Shown: one piece after another, positions 57,146 to 64,000 of the stretch
Layout: the number at the start of each line of letters is the position of its first letter
Numbering within the stretch: position 1 is the stretch's first letter
DNA from: a bacterium
Lineage (GTDB): Bacteria > Hinthialibacterota > Hinthialibacteria > Hinthialibacterales > Hinthialibacteraceae
DNA: 64,000 nt
NCBI GenBank assembly: GCA_041946805.1
Contig: JBHGBC010000003.1
Span: 32,001-96,000 of the forward strand
Reading direction: 5' to 3'
Position numbers and translations under genes: made by a program
The notes under the pieces: generated by a model
Told to the model about the DNA's origin: nothing
The model's input: the letters and a program-made list of their open reading frames with translations, nothing else
Databases searched by the model: none

Positions 57146-57433
57146 ATGGCAGTAAAGCCACTCGGAGACAGAGTTCTCGTCAAGCGGTTGGAGGAAAAAG
57201 AGGAGAAAAAGGGGGGCATCATCATTCCGGACACGGCCAAGGAAAAGCCCCAGGAAGCTGAAGTGATTGCGGTCGGTCCCGGCCGGCGCGGCGAGGATGG
57301 CAAGCACATTGCCATCGAACTGAAGAAGGGAGACAAGGTTCTGGTGAGCAAGTACGGCGGAACCGATGTGAAAATCAATGGGGAAGAGCACGTCATTCTG
57401 CGGGAAGACGATATTCTGGCGGTGGTCGACTGA
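57146..57433 (+). CDS. groES: Co-chaperonin GroES
   Basis: RBS AAGGAG; 'KPLGDRVLV...[14 protein letters not shown]...KYGG'. Confidence 0.97.
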   Translation: MAVKPLGDRVLVKRLEEKEEKKGGIIIPDTAKEKPQEAEVIAVGPGRRGEDGKHIAIELKKGDKVLVSKYGGTDVKINGEEHVILREDDILAVVD

Positions 57434-57488
57434 TTCATCTACACCCCCCGGATTCACATCGTGTTTCACGGAAAAGATGTACATATAA

Positions 57489-59150
<1,662 letters not shown>

Positions 59151-59196
59151 ATCCGCGCCGTCTCCTCCGTGGTCCTGGTTCATTCGTTTCGAACGC

Positions 59197-59226
59197 AAAA
59201 AGCCGTCTTTTCCAGACGGCTTTTTT
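59197..59226 (+). terminator. Intrinsic terminator after groEL (bidirectional-looking)
   Basis: AAAAAGCCGTCT-TTTCC-AGACGGCTTTTTT. Confidence 0.85.
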
Positions 59227-59498
59227 ATTGAACATGCTTTTTCTACACGCTTTTCCGGCACCTTCGGATATCGAAACGTCCCGAAGCCACCACCGGGCAG
59301 AGTGACACGCGCCGATTCCCAATGAATCCTGAAAACCACCTTCCCTCCTTCCATGAAGCCATATCCGGCGTGCGGGGGGGGAGTCTCCCTAGTCCCGGGA
59401 ATCACCGCCGCGGTACAGTACTGACTGGCAGCGCGCCTAGGGAACCTGTCTGTCCCGGACGCGGATTTTTCATCCCGACGACGATGGAGTATCCAACC

Positions 59499-60620
59499 AT
59501 GAAATCCACGATTCCCCGCTTACCGCTTCGATCCGCGGGACCGGTTTTTCTCCTTCTCCCGCTTTTGGCCATGACCGGCGCGGCGCAAACTACGGGACCC
59601 GCGGCAGGACCGGAGCAATTGTTGCTCAAGGATTACCACCCCCGATCGATCTACGAAATCCCTCAAACCCGGGTGGAAAAGGCCCGGTTTGCGGTGATCG
59701 ACATGCATTCGCATGCGTACGCCAAGACGGAAACCGACGTCGACGCGTGGGTGCGCGGCATGGACGCGGCGGGCATTGAAAAAACGGTGATCTTGTCGGG
59801 CGCCACGGGCAAGGCTTTCGACGGGATTTTCGCCCGGTACAAGGCGCGGCATCCGGACCGTTTCGAAGTCTGGTGCGGATTCGATTATACCGGGTACGGC
59901 CAGCCGGGATACGGGCCGGAGGCGGTGGCCGAATTGGAGCGTTGCCGCCGGGCCGGGGCCACTGGTGTGGGCGAGATCATCGACAAAGGCCGGGGATTGC
60001 GCGCCCAAACCGTCAGTATGCACCTCGACGATCCGCGCATGGATCCCCTTCTCGAGAAATGCGCCGATCTCGGCTTGCCCATCAATATCCATGTGGGCGA
60101 GGACCGGTGGATGTACGAGCCGATGGATGGGACCAACGACGGCCTGATGAACGCCTTCCAATGGAAAATCCCGAGGGAAGCAGGCGTTCTCACGCATGAT
60201 GAAGTGCTGGCCACCCTGGAAAACGCGCTCCAGAAGCACCCGCGTGTGACCTTCATCGCCTGCCATCTCGCGAACTGTTGCGCGTGTCTGGGAAAATTGG
60301 CGGATTGGTTCGACCGGTATCCGAATCTGTACGCCGACAATTCGGCGCGGTACGAAGAGACGGCCCCCATCCCGCGTTTTGTCTCCCGTTTTTATGACAA
60401 ATACCAGGACCGCCTCCTCTACGGGACGGACATGGGGACCGATGTGGAGATGTACCGCACCACGTTTCGCATTCTGGAGACCGGGGACGAGCATTTCTAC
60501 CCGGAAACCCTGGGCAATTATCACTGGCCGCTGCACGGTTTTGGGTTGCAAGACGGCGTGCTCGAGAAGGTGTACCGCGGGAATGCCCTGGGGATTTTGC
60601 CAAACGTCAAACGGCCTTGA
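59499..60620 (+). CDS. Amidohydrolase family (Amidohydro_2) protein, exported
   Basis: RBS GGAG, signal peptide, 'IDMHSH', 'INIHV', 'FIACH' and 'LLYGTD'. Confidence 0.87.
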   Translation: MKSTIPRLPLRSAGPVFLLLPLLAMTGAAQTTGPAAGPEQLLLKDYHPRSIYEIPQTRVEKARFAVIDMHSHAYAKTETDVDAWVRGMDAAGIEKTVILSGATGKAFDGIFARYKARHPDRFEVWCGFDYTGYGQPGYGPEAVAELERCRRAGATGVGEIIDKGRGLRAQTVSMHLDDPRMDPLLEKCADLGLPINIHVGEDRWMYEPMDGTNDGLMNAFQWKIPREAGVLTHDEVLATLENALQKHPRVTFIACHLANCCACLGKLADWFDRYPNLYADNSARYEETAPIPRFVSRFYDKYQDRLLYGTDMGTDVEMYRTTFRILETGDEHFYPETLGNYHWPLHGFGLQDGVLEKVYRGNALGILPNVKRP

Positions 60621-60683
60621 ACATCAAGTTATTTGGGAAATAGTCATTGACCCGCCCCGGGATTCCACTGCCTGGATTCTGAT

Positions 60684-61889
60684 TCAGTTATTGAATCTCC
60701 ATTTGTTGATGCTCGAGCCGCGGCTGGGGCGCACGGTGCCCTTGGCGCGTGTGGCGGTTTGCGCGGGGGTAAGATCGGGAGTCCCGGAGGACCCCTGGAC
60801 GGATGCCGGCTGGGCGCCGGGAGGTTGATCCGGGGCCGCGGTGGCGGATTCGATAGTGACGTTCGCGGGTTGATTCTCCATGGGGGCAGTGGCGGGGGCA
60901 ACCGCCGCGGGAGCGGGCTGGGCCGGTTCCCCGTCCCGGATGACAGAGGGTTTCTCCCCGGATTGGGATTGGATCGGCGCTTGGGTGGCGTTGGGCTGGA
61001 GCAGTTCCTCAAACACGGCGGATTCAATTTCGATGCCCTCGCCCGGAAGCCGTATGACCGGTGTGATGTGGAAAATAGTTTCGGTCAGGCGGCGTTTCTT
61101 GTTGAATCCGCGCAGGAAAAAGCCGATGCCGGGCAGGTCTCCGATGATGGGGACCTTGCGGGTCATGTCGCCCGTGCTGTCGGTGTACAACCCGCCGATG
61201 TACAGCTTCTGCGACGAGGGGACACAGACCACGGTCTTGATGTTCCGTTTGGTGATAACAGGCAGTTCATAGCGTTTCCGGTCGCCCCGGTCGAAGGTGG
61301 TGATGCGGGAAATTTCGCTGGATTCGATCTCCAGGTTCATGATGATCAAGTCATCCCGGAAAATGCGGGGCGTGACGATGAGCTTGATGCCCGCCGGCCG
61401 GTATTGGGTTTGCAGTTTGGTGATGTTGCCCATCATGGAGAGCACGGTGATGGGGACGGATTCGCCGGCGGTGATGTTGGCGGTTTCGCCGTCCGCGGTT
61501 ACCAGCCGCTGGTTGCTGATCACGGTCGCCCGGCCCTCCTCGATGGCGGTCTTGATGTTGTAGTCAATTGTGCCGTAGGACAATTTGGCGAAGGTGCCGG
61601 ATAAATCCAGCGCTCCGATGGCCTTCTCTTTCACGTTCTCGGTTCCCGGCAGAAAGATATCGCTGTTCTGGACCGAACCGGACGTGCGGTTGTATTGATA
61701 GAAGATCCCCAGCTGCTTTTCACCATCCAGCCGGTATTCGTAAATATCCGCCGAAATCTCGATGATCGGCCGGGGGCCTTGCGCTCCGGCGATGGGGATG
61801 AATCCCCCCGATAGAAGCAGGACAGCCGCCATCCATCCCGTTCCGGTGATTGGCAACCTGATTGGATTATACGATGGAAAAATCATCAT
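60684..61889 (-). CDS. Secretin (type II/III secretion outer-membrane pore family) lacking N-domains, with a Pro/Ala-rich tail
   Basis: 'ISNQRLVTADGETANITAGESVP', 'GIKLIVTPRI', 'IGGL' and 'KVPIIGDLPGIGFFLR'. Confidence 0.8.
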   Translation of the reverse strand: MMIFPSYNPIRLPITGTGWMAAVLLLSGGFIPIAGAQGPRPIIEISADIYEYRLDGEKQLGIFYQYNRTSGSVQNSDIFLPGTENVKEKAIGALDLSGTFAKLSYGTIDYNIKTAIEEGRATVISNQRLVTADGETANITAGESVPITVLSMMGNITKLQTQYRPAGIKLIVTPRIFRDDLIIMNLEIESSEISRITTFDRGDRKRYELPVITKRNIKTVVCVPSSQKLYIGGLYTDSTGDMTRKVPIIGDLPGIGFFLRGFNKKRRLTETIFHITPVIRLPGEGIEIESAVFEELLQPNATQAPIQSQSGEKPSVIRDGEPAQPAPAAVAPATAPMENQPANVTIESATAAPDQPPGAQPASVQGSSGTPDLTPAQTATRAKGTVRPSRGSSINKWRFNN

Positions 61890-61921
61890 GTCTCGCTCAT
61901 ACCCTCCGGCGCCGCCGTCCG

Positions 61922-63034
61922 TTATTGCGGCGAAGCCCGGTCGATGAAAAGCTCCCGGAAGTTTTCGAAGGGGCTGGTTTTGGTGTTGATTTCCTTGGAC
62001 CGTTCATCCAGCAGTTCCCGGATTTTCTTGGCGTCGAGTTCGGGATCTTCCACCGTTTCCCCTCCCACCGGCTGGCCGTAGAGATCCAGCAGGGTGGGTT
62101 TGATGATTACATAAAGTTGGGAGATCCGGTTGCCGTCGCTGGTGCCTTTGAACAAGCGTCCCATGACCGGAATATCCTTGAGGATGGGAATCCCGCGCAT
62201 CTGGTTGGTCTGCTGGTCACGATAGTGGCTGCCGATGATAACCCGTTGGTCGGCGCGCACGCACAGACGGCTATGATAGTTGCGGCTGTCAAGGATCGGC
62301 TGGGTGAATCCTTCTTCCTCCCGGTACCGCGACACACTCGACAGGTTGGCGGTGATGTCCAGCCAGATGAAGGGTTTCTGGCGGAGCACGTCCATTTCGC
62401 CGAACTCCACCGTGGGGGTCATTTCCAGGGAAACGCCGGTGTTGCGGAATTCGGTGGTGAAGGTTTCGCTTTCGCCCACCACCTGCCGTTCCAGAAACGG
62501 GACATCTTCCACGTTCTCGAGACGGGCGGGTATGCCTTCCAGGGTGAGGAGATTGGGATTGGCATGTACCGTGACTTTCTGGTCTTCGGCCAGTGCCTGG
62601 AAAACGGCCTCGACCCGCCCCTCGTCCCCTTCGAAGATATTGGTGACGATGTTCGCCCCGGCGGGCAGCAGTTCGTTCCGGTTGCCGCTGCCCAGAACAC
62701 TCAGGTCGCTTTCGATCACGGGATCGCCGGCCAGGTTGGCGCCCTGGAATTCGCCTACTTCGCCCAAAATATCGTATATGAATCCGATCTTGTCTTCGTT
62801 GCGTAGAAAGACCTCAAAAATAATGACTTGCAGCAAAACCTGGTACGGCCCTTCCTTGACATTCTTCTTTTGTTCGACGATTTGATTCAATTGGTCATTC
62901 GTAAGATTACCCTTGTCATCGCGGGTTATAGGCGGTTGTTGAGCGGGGGACCAGCCACTCGTGAGCAGGAGAAGGCCAAACCACATCAGTACTCCAAAGG
63001 CCCGATGGCGTAGAGACAAACGTATCTTCATCAT
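61922..63034 (-). CDS. Secretin lacking N-domains
   Basis: 'QVLLQVIIFEV', 'ANPNLLTLEG', 'FRNTGVSLEMTP' and 'GIPILKDIPVMGRLFK'. Confidence 0.82.
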   Translation of the reverse strand: MMKIRLSLRHRAFGVLMWFGLLLLTSGWSPAQQPPITRDDKGNLTNDQLNQIVEQKKNVKEGPYQVLLQVIIFEVFLRNEDKIGFIYDILGEVGEFQGANLAGDPVIESDLSVLGSGNRNELLPAGANIVTNIFEGDEGRVEAVFQALAEDQKVTVHANPNLLTLEGIPARLENVEDVPFLERQVVGESETFTTEFRNTGVSLEMTPTVEFGEMDVLRQKPFIWLDITANLSSVSRYREEEGFTQPILDSRNYHSRLCVRADQRVIIGSHYRDQQTNQMRGIPILKDIPVMGRLFKGTSDGNRISQLYVIIKPTLLDLYGQPVGGETVEDPELDAKKIRELLDERSKEINTKTSPFENFRELFIDRASPQ

Positions 63035-63098
63035 TCCAATCTCACAACTTGATATGGATGCGTTCTTTCAGGAGTCAAGGAAACATGGAGTTTCTCCG

Positions 63099-64000
63099 CT
63101 ACCCCTTGGCTGCGGCCCGGGGTTCATCGTAATAGACCTGCGTCGTAAATTTGTTGATGTCGATCGCGAGTTCGCTGAATTCATCGAAAATGACGGAAAA
63201 CGGGCGTTTCTGACCGGCTTGGAGCGCCCCGATGGCAATCGTTTTGGTCCCTTGGACGGTATCGTAGAAATCGTAGATAGTGGCTTCCACCTGCACGTTG
63301 GTGACATCATACAAACCCTGATTTTCCACCTGGCCGCTCAGCCGGAGGGTTTCAGTCTTCCCCAGCCAGTTTTCCCGCTCCACCCGTTCGATCCGGGCGC
63401 CGACCACCCGGACCGGGCCGGGAGGAGTCACTCCGGGGAGAGATTCCCGCGCCGTGAATTCTCCCGCGCCGGTGATCCGGACCCGCTCGCGGATCGTGTT
63501 TTTTTCGAGGTAGGCCGGATCGAGTTTCGCGGCCTTTTCGTATTCCTTGATGGCGTCCGCCAGGCGTCCCGCTTTCCAGTACAGGTCACCGAGTTGGAAA
63601 TGATATTCCGCGCTGTTGGGATTCTGAGCGGCAAATTGCTCGATTTTTTGTATTTCCTGGAGCAGTTCATCCTGTTTATGGGCCAAGGTCTGGTCGTGGG
63701 CCTGGATTTTCTCGTTGATTTTGGCCATCAGCTCCTCCGCTTCCTGGCGGTAGCTGCTGGGATTCTCTTTCGTCAAGGTAGTCAGCGTGGCGCGCGAATC
63801 GGCGTACTGGCCGAGCAAAAATTGACAAAGCGCCATTTGATAACGCGCATAGGGAAGGTCTTTTTTGTCCTTGTTGGGATAGGGAGAGAGCACGTATCCG
63901 GAATATTTCAGCAACGCGGTTTTGTATTGGCCCTTTTCGAAAAACCGGTCTGCTTCTCCGAGGAGGCTTACCTTCGTGTAATTGGCCTGGATGGAGCCGC
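63099..64000 (-). CDS. TPR (BamD-like) protein with a C-terminal FxLYD-like domain; 5' end outside the window
   Basis: The frame stays open to 64000 (..GSIQANYTKVSLLGEADRFFEKGQY..). TPRs such as 'AEYHFQLGDLYWKAG...' are followed by 'GQVENQG...ATIYD'. Confidence 0.78.
   Translation of the reverse strand, partial: GSIQANYTKVSLLGEADRFFEKGQYKTALLKYSGYVLSPYPNKDKKDLPYARYQMALCQFLLGQYADSRATLTTLTKENPSSYRQEAEELMAKINEKIQAHDQTLAHKQDELLQEIQKIEQFAAQNPNSAEYHFQLGDLYWKAGRLADAIKEYEKAAKLDPAYLEKNTIRERVRITGAGEFTARESLPGVTPPGPVRVVGARIERVERENWLGKTETLRLSGQVENQGLYDVTNVQVEATIYDFYDTVQGTKTIAIGALQAGQKRPFSVIFDEFSELAIDINKFTTQVYYDEPRAAAKG

Noticed and set aside
59385..59455. CCCTAG..CTAGGG stem and an AGGGAACCTGTC match to about 32769, as a possible riboswitch or regulatory motif
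   Set aside because: No riboswitch consensus recognised, and a single 12-bp match is too weak without a covariance-model search.

Overview
GC-rich bacterial window, probably from a diderm organism, since it encodes secretins, an AlgE-like porin and many Sec/Tat-exported enzymes. It holds about 44 protein-coding genes and no rRNA, tRNA or CRISPR array that I could recognise. Housekeeping genes are mutS2 (cut by the left edge), a CtaA/Cox15-type heme A synthase and groES-groEL. Other genes encode exported hydrolases and beta-helix proteins, envelope glyco-modification enzymes, an MscK-like channel and a propeller sensor. There is an ACT-porin-livKHMGF-paaK-like operon and, at the right edge, a TPR protein followed by two N-domain-less secretins. 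Most notable: (1) three unrelated exported proteins end in the same tail, T-x-[VI]-x-x-[WF]-x-L-(Q)-Y-stop, a candidate uncharacterised C-terminal sorting signal; (2) the tandem minimal secretins with a pilotin-like TPR protein are a candidate unusual outer-membrane channel; (3) the PaaK homolog has lost its adenylation motifs; (4) intergenic DNA is full of REP-like palindromes and a modular MITE-like family with two interchangeable types of ends, one copy of which overlaps a start codon. All functional calls come from recognising motifs by eye; no database searches were run.
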